A stretch of 64,000 nucleotides of DNA from a virus (taxonomy: Duplodnaviria > Caudoviricetes), in IMG/VR virus record IMGVR_UViG_3300021964_009400. One strand, 5' to 3'. Shown one piece after another: positions 38,127 to 47,713 of the stretch; positions within the stretch are counted from its first letter, which is position 1, and the number at the start of each line of letters is the position of its first letter. Position numbers and translations under genes: made by a program. The notes under the pieces are model-generated. The model was not told the DNA's origin. It made no database searches and saw only the letters and a list, made by a program, of their open reading frames with translations.

Positions 38127-38155
38127 AAAACCCCTTACAGAAATGTAGGGGTTTT
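38127..38155 (+). terminator. intrinsic terminator
   Basis: AAAACCCCTTACA-GAAA-TGTAGGGGTTTT. Confidence 0.8.
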
Positions 38156-38164
38156 ATATTTATA
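38156..38164 (+). promoter_or_regulatory. putative late promoter ATATTTATA
   Basis: Immediately after the terminator; very close to the next ATG. Confidence 0.4.
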
Positions 38165-38167
38165 TAT

Positions 38168-38935
38168 ATGATATTAGATAGAGAATTATTATTAAAACAA
38201 GGGTTTCTACATTTTAATTTAAAAGAAATAGATGAGGAACTGTATAATAAATTATACACAGAGTTTAATCAAAAGCCAATTAGTACTAAAAATTGGAGCT
38301 TTCGATATGAAAAGAAACTCTATGTAGAATCTGAAACAGAGATACGAGATACGATATCGAAACTTACTGAAAACTGTGAAAGAGCAAGATTTAGTATAGA
38401 TGAACCAATACCTCCTCGTAGCGCAATGATACGACTTTTGATTGAAGAAGAAGATTTTGATAAATTACATTCTATACAAAAACAATTAGATAGTTACAAA
38501 TCTTTCAACAATGGTCAAAATTGGTATTTCAAAAATAAAATTCCATTTAATAGAAAAATTCTTAAAGAAGTTTTCGATAAAACAATTATAACAGATTTAT
38601 ACAATGAAAATATAATAGATAAAACTAAGTATTCCGAGTTTGAACATATATATCGTGAAACTGATTTTACACTATATGTAAAAAATAATTTTATTGAAGA
38701 GCATGCAGATGCAGAAGATAGTGGAAGGTTGTGTGTATTTTTAATGTATTTATCTGATGATTACAAAGATGGATATGGTGGGGAAATCGTAATTAATAAA
38801 TCTGTTAAAATTACTCCTGAATTTGGTAACATTGTTATTTTGGATTTTACAAAACATAATTTAAACCACGAAGTATTAGCAGTAACAGAACCAGATTTTA
38901 AACGATACGCTATTATCAATTTTTTATACCAATAA
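38168..38935 (+). CDS. 2OG-Fe(II) oxygenase (prolyl-hydroxylase-like)
   Basis: HAD, FLMYL..D....YGGE, HEV, RYA. Confidence 0.85.
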   Translation: MILDRELLLKQGFLHFNLKEIDEELYNKLYTEFNQKPISTKNWSFRYEKKLYVESETEIRDTISKLTENCERARFSIDEPIPPRSAMIRLLIEEEDFDKLHSIQKQLDSYKSFNNGQNWYFKNKIPFNRKILKEVFDKTIITDLYNENIIDKTKYSEFEHIYRETDFTLYVKNNFIEEHADAEDSGRLCVFLMYLSDDYKDGYGGEIVINKSVKITPEFGNIVILDFTKHNLNHEVLAVTEPDFKRYAIINFLYQ

Positions 38936-38943
38936 TATTTATA
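38935..38943 (+). promoter_or_regulatory. putative late promoter ATATTTATA
   Basis: Directly upstream of the non-coding structured element. Confidence 0.6.
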
Positions 38944-38944
38944 T

Positions 38945-39153
38945 GTAGACCGTGTGGACTGGTCTTTACAATACAGTCGCGGGTGGAGTGAACGCATCCG
39001 AAACAATCGTTGCATATGTTGAACCTTTAAAAGAAAGGATTGATATGAGCGATGAATATTTAATGGCACTTGAACCAAACCAAGGTCATCTCCAGGCTCT
39101 CTCGAAGGACACGGAAGAATAGAGATTAAACCTCTCTTCGGAGAGGTTTTTTT
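38945..39153 (+). ncRNA. structured non-coding RNA, 6S-like candidate
   Basis: GC-enriched ORF-free gap; end-closing helix CCGTGT/ACACGG, long irregular hairpin 39006-39053, small hairpin 38980-39000; own promoter motif and terminator. Confidence 0.6.
39128..39153 (+). terminator. intrinsic terminator
   Basis: AAACCTCTC-TTCG-GAGAGGTTT plus T-run (UUCG tetraloop). Confidence 0.9.
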
Positions 39154-39160
39154 ATTTACT

Positions 39161-39169
39161 ATATTTATA
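39161..39169 (+). promoter_or_regulatory. putative late promoter ATATTTATA
   Basis: Head of the baseplate operon. Confidence 0.65.
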
Positions 39170-39191
39170 TACAAGAAAATATGGTATAATC

Positions 39192-39602
39192 ATGAGTACA
39201 AATTTTGAATTATTTCCTGGCAAAAACTTAAGTGGGTTGTTTGAGGATATCTATGAAAACCAACAAACAAAAAAACAAAGAATATCAGAACTAATTGCTG
39301 AAATGAAAAAGGTAATCAGACATTCTGGTGATATGGCAGTAATAGGACCCATTATAAAAGATTTAGTTGATACTTCGGTAAGAAATGATGAAACATTAAT
39401 CAAAATGGCAGCAATAGCACAAAGAATGATTGCATCAAAAGATAAATCAGAAGGAGATACTGGTTTCCTTACTGATAAAGAAAAAGAACAATTACTACAA
39501 CAGTTAGAAGAAACTGTTTACGAAGTAGAAACTGAAAAAACAAAGGTTGATGATTTAACAAACGAAGTTGAAGAATTAAAACAAAAAGTAAATAATGAAT
39601 AG
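39192..39602 (+). CDS. helical protein, possible terminase small subunit (T4 gp16-like)
   Basis: AVIGPIIKDLVD...LIKMA resembles the gp16 EVxGQLIKxxxD helix; weak. Confidence 0.3.
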   Translation: MSTNFELFPGKNLSGLFEDIYENQQTKKQRISELIAEMKKVIRHSGDMAVIGPIIKDLVDTSVRNDETLIKMAAIAQRMIASKDKSEGDTGFLTDKEKEQLLQQLEETVYEVETEKTKVDDLTNEVEELKQKVNNE

Positions 39603-40908
39603 AGGAGTAGGTGCATCAGTAACCATACAAAATACAAGTCAAAGAGGAGCATTTGATGTATCTTCAAAAAGCGGTATTGTTTTAGATATAGTTTATAATG
39701 ATGCCCACCCTAAAATAGAAGAAATAGAAGCAAACAGTATTCCAGAAACTGTTGATAAAAGACGAGTTGATTTTTTATATTACGCAAAGGTAAGAAAGGA
39801 TTCTGATGTATCGAGTAAATTAAGCGATGGACAATGGATACCACCACATAGTTATACTGATTTGGATTTACCAGTCAAAGGAGAACGAGTGCATCTAATT
39901 GATGTACAAGGTAGACAGTGTTATAAAAGAATAGGAAGTTTTGATTTAAATTTAGGAAATTTTGACCCAAATGGTTTAATAGCATCAAATCCAGTCGTAG
40001 ATATAAGAGAAAGAAATAAAAAAAATAAATACAAAGAAGTATCAAAGAGTGGTACACCGACCTCCAAATCTCAAGGTAGTGATGAATCACAATTACAAAA
40101 TAATTTTATTAAACCCCAACAAATAAATCCACTAAAAGTATTTGAAGGAGATAAAGTAATTCAATCACGATTTGGTCAATCAATTAGATTTAGTGCTCAT
40201 TATAATAATACACAAGAGTTTTCTCCAACTATTGTAATCAGAAATAGACAAGGAAATAAACAAACTTCTGAATTATTAGAAAAAACTCCAACACTAGAAG
40301 ATTTTAAAGATGATGGTTCTATTATTGCATTAACAAGTAATAATCAAAAACTTCCATATACAAAAGATTTTTTAGATGCACAAGTAACTGCATTTGGTGG
40401 GGGATATACTGATGGTGGAGAGTTTGAGGAAAGTACATATCCTGCAGAATTTACTGGCGATAACATCTTAATTAAAAGTTCAAGAATAGCACTTGCATCA
40501 CAAGAAGGAGAAATGATATTTTTATCTAAAGGAAACTATGGATTTATTTCTGATGGTTTATTTACTATTGATAATTTTAATCCTAATGCTCAAGAAGATG
40601 AAAAGGGTGGTGGTGGTGCACTTTTAAATTTTGGTGGAGATGTTGTAATAAAAACCAATGGTGATGATATAAAGTTATTAGGAGATGATGCAGGATTGGT
40701 TTATATTAATACATTAAATCAAGATGAACCAATTGTAAAAGGTAATACATTATTAGACCTATTAACAGAACTAATAAATTTAATCAACGCACAACAATAT
40801 CAAACACCATCTGGTCCTAGTGCATTAGGACCTGATAACAGAGAGGATTTTAACAAGTTACGAGATAGGTTAAATGCTTTCTTATCAGAAAAAAACTTTA
40901 CGGAGTAA
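39595..40908 (+). CDS. baseplate central spike/hub (gp5/gpV-like)
   Basis: OB-like N-terminus (LPVKGERV), beta-repeat middle, C-terminal EPIVKGNTL and TPSGPS; baseplate context. Confidence 0.65.
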   Translation: MNRGVGASVTIQNTSQRGAFDVSSKSGIVLDIVYNDAHPKIEEIEANSIPETVDKRRVDFLYYAKVRKDSDVSSKLSDGQWIPPHSYTDLDLPVKGERVHLIDVQGRQCYKRIGSFDLNLGNFDPNGLIASNPVVDIRERNKKNKYKEVSKSGTPTSKSQGSDESQLQNNFIKPQQINPLKVFEGDKVIQSRFGQSIRFSAHYNNTQEFSPTIVIRNRQGNKQTSELLEKTPTLEDFKDDGSIIALTSNNQKLPYTKDFLDAQVTAFGGGYTDGGEFEESTYPAEFTGDNILIKSSRIALASQEGEMIFLSKGNYGFISDGLFTIDNFNPNAQEDEKGGGGALLNFGGDVVIKTNGDDIKLLGDDAGLVYINTLNQDEPIVKGNTLLDLLTELINLINAQQYQTPSGPSALGPDNREDFNKLRDRLNAFLSEKNFTE

Positions 40909-40911
40909 ACA

Positions 40912-42366
40912 ATGTCTTTCCAAGTATTCAAAAGAAATATGAGTTCATGGATGCAAACACCAGATAAGCGCGCAACTGGTAATGCAGAATCGTATGAAGA
41001 TTTCGCTGATAAATTAACAAAAGAATATGATTTAGCAGTCAAAAGTGGATTTCAATCAATAAATTTAGTAAATGTAGCAAAAGGTAATACTGAGTTAATG
41101 AAATCATTAATAAATATTGCTTGTCTTAAAGCTTTATCTGTAAAGGGTGGTAAACATAATTTCATAGATGATATTGGAAAAGCAGTAGTAGGATATTGGA
41201 CTGGTGTACGATTATCATCTGGATTACCACCAGTTATGCCTGCGTTTGGTGCAACATATAACATTTCAACAATATATGCTTTTTGTAGTACATCGGGTGT
41301 GTGGATACCAATTGGTCCAATAGAACCTATAAACGATAGTAATATATTTTTAGATAGATTGATTTCTTCAATGCAAATGCATTTAACTACTTTAACATTT
41401 GTTTATTTTACATTATCAATATATCCTAGTCCTATATTATTAGGACCTGCTCCTGGTGTTTTACTTTCAGCCACATATACTATTCCACCTCAAAAACCAA
41501 CACCTCCGAACTTAATTCAAGAAGTTCAAAAAGATATTATAGAACCAATTTTAGATAAAAATGATATTTTAAGTGATGTTGAAGTTCAAATTATAAAAGA
41601 AAAAGTTGAAGCTGCTAATATATTGTTACAAAAAGATTCGAGTTTACCAGAACAAGAACAAGCTACAATAAGCTCAGTTGCATTAGAATATAAATCTAGA
41701 GGAGCACAATTAATAGAAACAAAACAACACGATTCTACTCCTGCTGATTTAAAGGATAACCAATTAAATAAAATCGATGAAATACAACCTAACGAATTTT
41801 TATGTAAAAGTGGTGCAAAAGTTGTTGCAGCTGCAAAAGCAGATTTGCAGATAGCAGAATACAAAAATAGAAACTATGGAGGATTTCCCAATGGTGAGCA
41901 GAAAAATGAAGCAGGAAGAATTGATGCTATGCATTTACCGGATATCGATAATCCAAAACTTTGGAGAAGAAAAGGTAAAGGTGCTTTTTGGTGTGCATCT
42001 GCAGTAAAAACTTGGTGGAGCGAAGCAGGTTTACCAATTCCAACATACGGTGAACCAAAGGTAAAAGGATACAACACTGGTCCTGCTCTATGTAATCGTT
42101 GGTTACAATGGGCAAAAGATAATGGATATTTTTCAAGTACACCAAAACAAGGAGCAGCTATTTTATATAGAGGAAAGAGAAAACCAGGAGCAGTTCACAT
42201 TGGAATTGTAGAAGCTCTTTTACCAGGTATTGGAGTTGTGACCATAGAGGGAAATACTACCGGCGGATCCAGATTTTCAGATAATGGTGGGGGTTGTTAT
42301 AGAAAAATTGCAAAATGGAGTAAAGGTAATATAATAGGGTTTGTAATTCCACCCGATTGTCTATAA
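40912..42366 (+). CDS. baseplate-associated protein with C-terminal CHAP amidase
   Basis: FWCASAV, HIGIVE and TIEGNT CHAP motifs. Confidence 0.8.
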   Translation: MSFQVFKRNMSSWMQTPDKRATGNAESYEDFADKLTKEYDLAVKSGFQSINLVNVAKGNTELMKSLINIACLKALSVKGGKHNFIDDIGKAVVGYWTGVRLSSGLPPVMPAFGATYNISTIYAFCSTSGVWIPIGPIEPINDSNIFLDRLISSMQMHLTTLTFVYFTLSIYPSPILLGPAPGVLLSATYTIPPQKPTPPNLIQEVQKDIIEPILDKNDILSDVEVQIIKEKVEAANILLQKDSSLPEQEQATISSVALEYKSRGAQLIETKQHDSTPADLKDNQLNKIDEIQPNEFLCKSGAKVVAAAKADLQIAEYKNRNYGGFPNGEQKNEAGRIDAMHLPDIDNPKLWRRKGKGAFWCASAVKTWWSEAGLPIPTYGEPKVKGYNTGPALCNRWLQWAKDNGYFSSTPKQGAAILYRGKRKPGAVHIGIVEALLPGIGVVTIEGNTTGGSRFSDNGGGCYRKIAKWSKGNIIGFVIPPDCL

Positions 42367-42385
42367 CCATAAAATCAATAATAAT

Positions 42386-42394
42386 ATATTTATA
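42386..42394 (+). promoter_or_regulatory. putative late promoter ATATTTATA
   Basis: Intergenic in the structural module. Confidence 0.65.
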
Positions 42395-42417
42395 TTAGTA
42401 AGGAAAATTATATAATT

Positions 42418-42990
42418 ATGAATTCAAAACAATTAGTAAAAGTAATAAAAACTATTGTAGAAGCAGAAGTTGCTAAAAAGCACGCAAGTTTTTTAACAAA
42501 AACTTTTCCTAAAATATTAGAGGAAGAAGTTAACAAAAGATTAAAAGAGGTGAAGGGGGGTGTTGTGCCGTCCTCTACGCAATTAGTAGAAGATGATATA
42601 GTAGACCCTTTTGCACAAGCAGAACTTGCTTTACAAGAAGAAAGAACACAACCTAAAAGACAATTCACTAAAAACGAAGTGTTAAATGAGGTTCTTAATA
42701 ACACAAAACCGTTTTCTTCAGACGAAAGAAAAGGAACAACACCATCAAAATCTGTATTGGATAATTTCCAATCAGTAAATGAAAGTATGGATAAAACAGT
42801 TACATTTAATCAACAAGGTGCTGGTGCAGGATTACAAGGTATGAAAGCAAATATGGCAGCACAAATGGGATATGGTAATGTATCTCAAGTTCAAAATAAA
42901 ACTGGTCTTGGTGTTAAAACTGGTTTGCCAGGATTAGATAGAATTTTAAATAGAGATAATTCAGAACTTGTTAAAAAGTTTAAAAGATAG
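42418..42990 (+). CDS. hypothetical late protein
   Basis: 190 aa in the baseplate operon. Confidence 0.75.
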   Translation: MNSKQLVKVIKTIVEAEVAKKHASFLTKTFPKILEEEVNKRLKEVKGGVVPSSTQLVEDDIVDPFAQAELALQEERTQPKRQFTKNEVLNEVLNNTKPFSSDERKGTTPSKSVLDNFQSVNESMDKTVTFNQQGAGAGLQGMKANMAAQMGYGNVSQVQNKTGLGVKTGLPGLDRILNRDNSELVKKFKR

Positions 42991-43000
42991 GAGATAGTAA

Positions 43001-43432
43001 GTGGCTTATATTCTTGATAAAAAAGTAGTAACTGATACTGAAGAATTTTCAAATCAGGCATATGGTATTACTTTACCTGCACAACGAGGTAATTCAGGTT
43101 TCTTTGCACAAGCTTTTAATTCTTTTGAACAAGCAAAAAGTAATTTAAAGAATTTACTTTTAACAAGAAAAGGAGAAAGAGTATTTCAACCAAACTTTGG
43201 CTCTGGTATTCACGAGTTATTGTTTGAACAAGCAACTGATAATCTTGAACAAAGATTACAAGAAAATATAACAAATAGTGTAAATTTTTGGTTACCTTAC
43301 ATAGATATATCTACGATTGAGGTAAACATGACCGATGCAATGAAAGATAAAAATACTGCAGAAATGAAAGTACAATTTACTGTCGGTAATGTTTTTGAAC
43401 CACAAGAAATTACATTTTTAGTTGAGGGATAA
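43001..43432 (+). CDS. baseplate wedge protein gp25/gpW
   Basis: KSNLKNLLLTRKGERVFQPNFGS.I.ELLFE. Confidence 0.92.
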   Translation: MAYILDKKVVTDTEEFSNQAYGITLPAQRGNSGFFAQAFNSFEQAKSNLKNLLLTRKGERVFQPNFGSGIHELLFEQATDNLEQRLQENITNSVNFWLPYIDISTIEVNMTDAMKDKNTAEMKVQFTVGNVFEPQEITFLVEG

Positions 43433-43438
43433 TAAAAT

Positions 43439-45463
43439 ATGGCATTAAATAGTTTAGATAGAAAACCAAATACTGGAAGAAATATAAAGTATCTTAATAA
43501 AGATTTTGCTCAATTTAGAGAAAATCTAATTCAGTATGCTAAAACTTATTTTCCAACAACCTATTCTGATTTTAATGAATCATCACCAGGTATGATGTTT
43601 ATAGAAATGGCATCTTATATTGGGGATGTTCTTTCTTATTATACTGATGATACTTTAAAAGAATCTTTAATTACAACTGCAGAAGATAGAGAAAATATTA
43701 TTGCACTTGCAGAGTATTTAGGATATAAACCAAAAGTAACTTCACCAGCAGTTGTAAAATTAGCAGTTTATCAAACAGTTCCTCCATTAGAAGCAGGAAC
43801 AACTAATGTTAGACCAGATGATAAATATTATTTAAGAGTTAAACAAGGAATGGTAGTTACTGCAACCATAGGCGACCAAAATTTTAGAACAACAGAGATA
43901 TTAGATTTTGCAGATGATAATGAAAGAGAAATTTCTGTTTACCAAACTGATGAAAATGGAGAACCTACGCTTTATTTAATAAAAAAATACATAAATGCAA
44001 TTTCAGGTGATTTAAAAACTATTACAAAAGATTTTGGTTCCACACCACAACAATTTGCAAAAGTATCATTGATTGAAAGTAATGTTGTTGATATCGTAGA
44101 TGTAAGAGATGAAAACAATAATAAGTGGTATGAAGTACCTTATCTTGCACAAGAAATGGTATTCACAGATTATGCAACAGGAGAGGCAAATGATAAAACT
44201 CTTGCACAATTTAAAGATAGTGTATCTAGTGTTTTAACAACACTAAAAACCTCAAGAAGATTTACAACAAAAGTAAATGCAAATAATACAACAACTCTTG
44301 TATTTGGTGCAGGTAATGCAACATCATCAGATGAACAACTAGTACCATCATTTAAAAATGTAGGATTGGGATTAAAATCATCTATTGATAAATTAGGTTC
44401 ATCATTTGACCCTGCTAACTTTTTGAAAACAACTTCATATGGACAATCACCAACTGGCACATTTACTATTCAATATGTAGTAGGTGGTGGAGTAGATTCA
44501 AATGTTGGTGTTGGTGAGTTAGTACAAATAGATAGAATAGAATTTGAAGATGATAGAGAAGTATTTTCAAGCGATGGAGAACGAATATTATTACAACAAT
44601 GTAAAAACTCAATAGCATGTGATAATGAACAACCTGCAACAGGTGGTAAAGGTGCAGATACAACAGAAGAAATTAGACAAAATGCATTGGCAAACTTTGG
44701 TACACAAAACAGAGCAGTAACAAGAAAGGATTATCAAGTAAGAGCATTATCACTACCATCAAAGTATGGTGGTATTGCAAAAGCATATTGTGCTCCTGAT
44801 GGAGAGTTAGATAATAACTCACCAAGTTCTATACTTACTGATAAAGATTCATTAGAAGAATTTGTAGGATTGGTAGAACAACTTAAAAATTCAGATTCAT
44901 CTGAAAAAGAAATTAAAGAAAGAGTTGTTCAATATCTAGGTGCTAAAAAGAAAAATGTAAATGAAAAAAATAATCCATTTGCTATTAACTTATATGTCTT
45001 GGGTTATGATTCTACAAAAGCTCTTACAACTTTAAATCAAGCAATAAAAGAAAATCTTAAAACTTATTTAAGTGAATATAGAATGTTAACTGATGGTGTT
45101 AATATAATAAATGGATTTATTATTAATATTGGTGTTGATTTTGAAATAAAAGTTTATAGTGGATACAATAAAAGACAAGTTCTTACACGAGTACAAATAG
45201 AATTAGAAAACTATTTTAATATAGATAATTGGACTTTTAATATGCCAATTAATATTTCTGAAGTTGAATTATTAATCGCAGGTGTAGAAGGAGTACAATC
45301 AGTACCAAAGTGTGAAATTACTAATAAATGTTTAGGAAACTATTCACAAAATTCATATAATATATCAGATGCAACTAAAGGTAAAATTGTTTACCCATCT
45401 TTAGACCCATCTGTATTTGAAGTGAAGTTTCCAAACAAAGATATAAGGGGGAGGGTAGTATAA
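43439..45463 (+). CDS. baseplate wedge subunit gp6 / baseplate J-like
   Basis: DFAQFRENL, IIALAEYLGYKP, GGKGADT.EEIR, QNRAVT..DY. Confidence 0.9.
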   Translation: MALNSLDRKPNTGRNIKYLNKDFAQFRENLIQYAKTYFPTTYSDFNESSPGMMFIEMASYIGDVLSYYTDDTLKESLITTAEDRENIIALAEYLGYKPKVTSPAVVKLAVYQTVPPLEAGTTNVRPDDKYYLRVKQGMVVTATIGDQNFRTTEILDFADDNEREISVYQTDENGEPTLYLIKKYINAISGDLKTITKDFGSTPQQFAKVSLIESNVVDIVDVRDENNNKWYEVPYLAQEMVFTDYATGEANDKTLAQFKDSVSSVLTTLKTSRRFTTKVNANNTTTLVFGAGNATSSDEQLVPSFKNVGLGLKSSIDKLGSSFDPANFLKTTSYGQSPTGTFTIQYVVGGGVDSNVGVGELVQIDRIEFEDDREVFSSDGERILLQQCKNSIACDNEQPATGGKGADTTEEIRQNALANFGTQNRAVTRKDYQVRALSLPSKYGGIAKAYCAPDGELDNNSPSSILTDKDSLEEFVGLVEQLKNSDSSEKEIKERVVQYLGAKKKNVNEKNNPFAINLYVLGYDSTKALTTLNQAIKENLKTYLSEYRMLTDGVNIINGFIINIGVDFEIKVYSGYNKRQVLTRVQIELENYFNIDNWTFNMPINISEVELLIAGVEGVQSVPKCEITNKCLGNYSQNSYNISDATKGKIVYPSLDPSVFEVKFPNKDIRGRVV

Positions 45464-46521
45464 TGTATTATTTTACAACGGCATCAAAAGATGCAACAAT
45501 TTATTTACAACAACCTACCCAAAATACAGGTAGAGATGAAATATTAGAAATATCAAAAGTTTATTATGGTAACCTAAAAGATATATCTCGTTCACTAATT
45601 AAATTTGATACAAATCTTTTATCACAATCCATAGCAAGTGGTGATGTTACTATGAGTAGTGCAGAACTTATTGTTAGAGAATGTGAATCAAATGAAATAC
45701 CAAATGAATATTCAATCTATGCATATCCTGTTTCTCAATCATGGGATGTGGGTATAGGAACAAGATTTGATGAAATATCAACCGATGGTGTTTCGTGGGA
45801 AAAAAGAAAAACATCAACAAATTGGTTAGTAGGTTCAGCATCTCTTGAAAGTTCTGGTTCATTTAATGGTAAAGGTGGTATGTGGTACACTGGTTCATAT
45901 GTAACACAATCTTTTAGTTATGAATCAGCAGATATTGTAATGGATGTACTAACCCCATTAAACACATGGATAAGTGGAACTTTACCCAACGAAGGCTTTA
46001 TATTAAAACACGATTCTGCAAAAGAAAATGATACTATTGATTATGGTCAATTAAAATTCTTCTCAAAAGAAACAAATACCATATACCAACCAAAGATAAG
46101 AATTGGTTGGGATGATTCTACATTTGTAACTGGTTCATTAACCGCATTAACTGCTGATGATATTCATGTAACTTTTAAAAGATTGAAAACTAGATACAAA
46201 GTTGGAAGTAAACCTGAAATCAGAGTTTTTGGAAGAGAAAAATATCCTCTAAAAACTTACACCAATCAATATTCTTATACTGATGTTTATTATTTACCAA
46301 CCTCTAGTTATTATCAAGTTAAAGATATAGTTACAGAGGAAATAGTTGTACCTTTTGGAGATTATACAAAATTATCTTGTGATTCAAATGGAAATTACTT
46401 TAAACTTAATTTAACAAATTGGGAATATAATAGAGATTATTATTTAGAAATTAAAATAGATAGAGATGGTGTAATTGAATATTTTACTGATAAGGATTTA
46501 ACTTTCACCGTAGAAAAGTAA
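45463..46521 (+). CDS. virion protein with DNRLRE-like beta-sandwich
   Basis: ASKDATIY..P.QNTG.DEIL, SRSLIKFD, NEGFILK, YQPKI. Confidence 0.6.
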   Translation: MYYFTTASKDATIYLQQPTQNTGRDEILEISKVYYGNLKDISRSLIKFDTNLLSQSIASGDVTMSSAELIVRECESNEIPNEYSIYAYPVSQSWDVGIGTRFDEISTDGVSWEKRKTSTNWLVGSASLESSGSFNGKGGMWYTGSYVTQSFSYESADIVMDVLTPLNTWISGTLPNEGFILKHDSAKENDTIDYGQLKFFSKETNTIYQPKIRIGWDDSTFVTGSLTALTADDIHVTFKRLKTRYKVGSKPEIRVFGREKYPLKTYTNQYSYTDVYYLPTSSYYQVKDIVTEEIVVPFGDYTKLSCDSNGNYFKLNLTNWEYNRDYYLEIKIDRDGVIEYFTDKDLTFTVEK

Positions 46522-46522
46522 T

Positions 46523-47713
46523 ATGGCATTAACTGATAAATTTAGAATTAACGAACTCACACAAAAAGGTTCCAAGGTAGAGAGAAGAGATTCTGCTGGT
46601 AGAATATCTGTGCGCAGGGTTGATGGTAAAGAAGTTAAACCAAAAAATCAAAAATCAGATAAAGATTTTGGTCAAGAAGTAATCAAATTAAAAAACAAAG
46701 ACCCTAGATTTAAATCAGAACTTAATGAGGTGGATATTACACCTAACGAAGAACAAATTTCTTTTAGTGGAGAATCTACTGGCTATGTAGAAAAACCAAA
46801 ATATAATGAAGAAGAATTAAAAAAAGCAATAGATGTTAAGGTTGATGAACTTATAAAAGAAAAAAAACCTAAACGAGGACCATATATTTTAAAATCAAAA
46901 TATGATGATTTAAGAAAAAAGTACGAAGATGCGTTAGAACAAATTGCAGATTTAAGGAGACAATTATCCGAAGCAAATGCTGAAATTCAAAGATTACAAG
47001 GAGTGATACAACAACTTGAGGTAGAAACCGATTCAGCAAAATTACAACAAGCAGCTGCAGAAAACGAATTACAAGCTGCAAATCAAAGATATATTACTTT
47101 ACTTAGTGATTTCCAACAGGCAATTACAAAAGGTACAAAGGAAGCAATTGAAAGAGTATCATTAGAAGCACAAGTAAGAGGTTTACAAGCACAGAAAGAA
47201 ACACTAATTAGAATAGAAGAACAAGAAGAAGCAGCACAAGAAGAAACGGCAATTAGAGCAAACTTAAGTGGACCTGATAATTCATATGACCAAAAAGGTG
47301 ATAGTGGTTGGAAAATTCCTGGTCCATTCGGAGATAACCAATTATTAGAAAAAGGTAATTTTTATTTTAGAAGTAATAGAAAATCTTCAGGTTGGAATGG
47401 TCAAGATAGTCTTGAATTATATAACTTTAATGAAGAACAAGAAATTAGTTATTCGATTACTATTCAAGCAGGAAGAGGTGGACATGGTTCTCCTTGGATT
47501 GGGTTCTCAAAGCAATCTGGTACAATACCACCAAGAAGTGGAGAAACACCTGGTAAGGTAACTTTAGATGCAAAAAAAGTAAGAAATGTAAACTCACCAA
47601 GAGGAAGAAAAAGAGAATTTATAGATGATATTAAACTTACTATTGGAGAAGAAAGTTATGATTTAACTGCATATTTCTATCGTAAACTACGAACTGGAGG
47701 AAAAGGTAATTAA
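46523..47713 (+). CDS. virion coiled-coil protein
   Basis: Long heptad region aa ~125-240 and a beta-rich C-terminus. Confidence 0.7.
   Translation: MALTDKFRINELTQKGSKVERRDSAGRISVRRVDGKEVKPKNQKSDKDFGQEVIKLKNKDPRFKSELNEVDITPNEEQISFSGESTGYVEKPKYNEEELKKAIDVKVDELIKEKKPKRGPYILKSKYDDLRKKYEDALEQIADLRRQLSEANAEIQRLQGVIQQLEVETDSAKLQQAAAENELQAANQRYITLLSDFQQAITKGTKEAIERVSLEAQVRGLQAQKETLIRIEEQEEAAQEETAIRANLSGPDNSYDQKGDSGWKIPGPFGDNQLLEKGNFYFRSNRKSSGWNGQDSLELYNFNEEQEISYSITIQAGRGGHGSPWIGFSKQSGTIPPRSGETPGKVTLDAKKVRNVNSPRGRKREFIDDIKLTIGEESYDLTAYFYRKLRTGGKGN

Noticed and set aside
38761-39174. 137-aa minus-strand ORF across the candidate ncRNA
   Set aside because: It is antisense to the 2OG oxygenase, has atypical composition and lacks a minus-strand promoter. 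The + strand promoter, RNA pairing and terminator explain the region better.
39192-39602. Firm terminase-small-subunit call linking the ncRNA to DNA packaging
   Set aside because: Similarity rests on one short helix and no large terminase or portal gene is in the window. It is left as a low-confidence feature.
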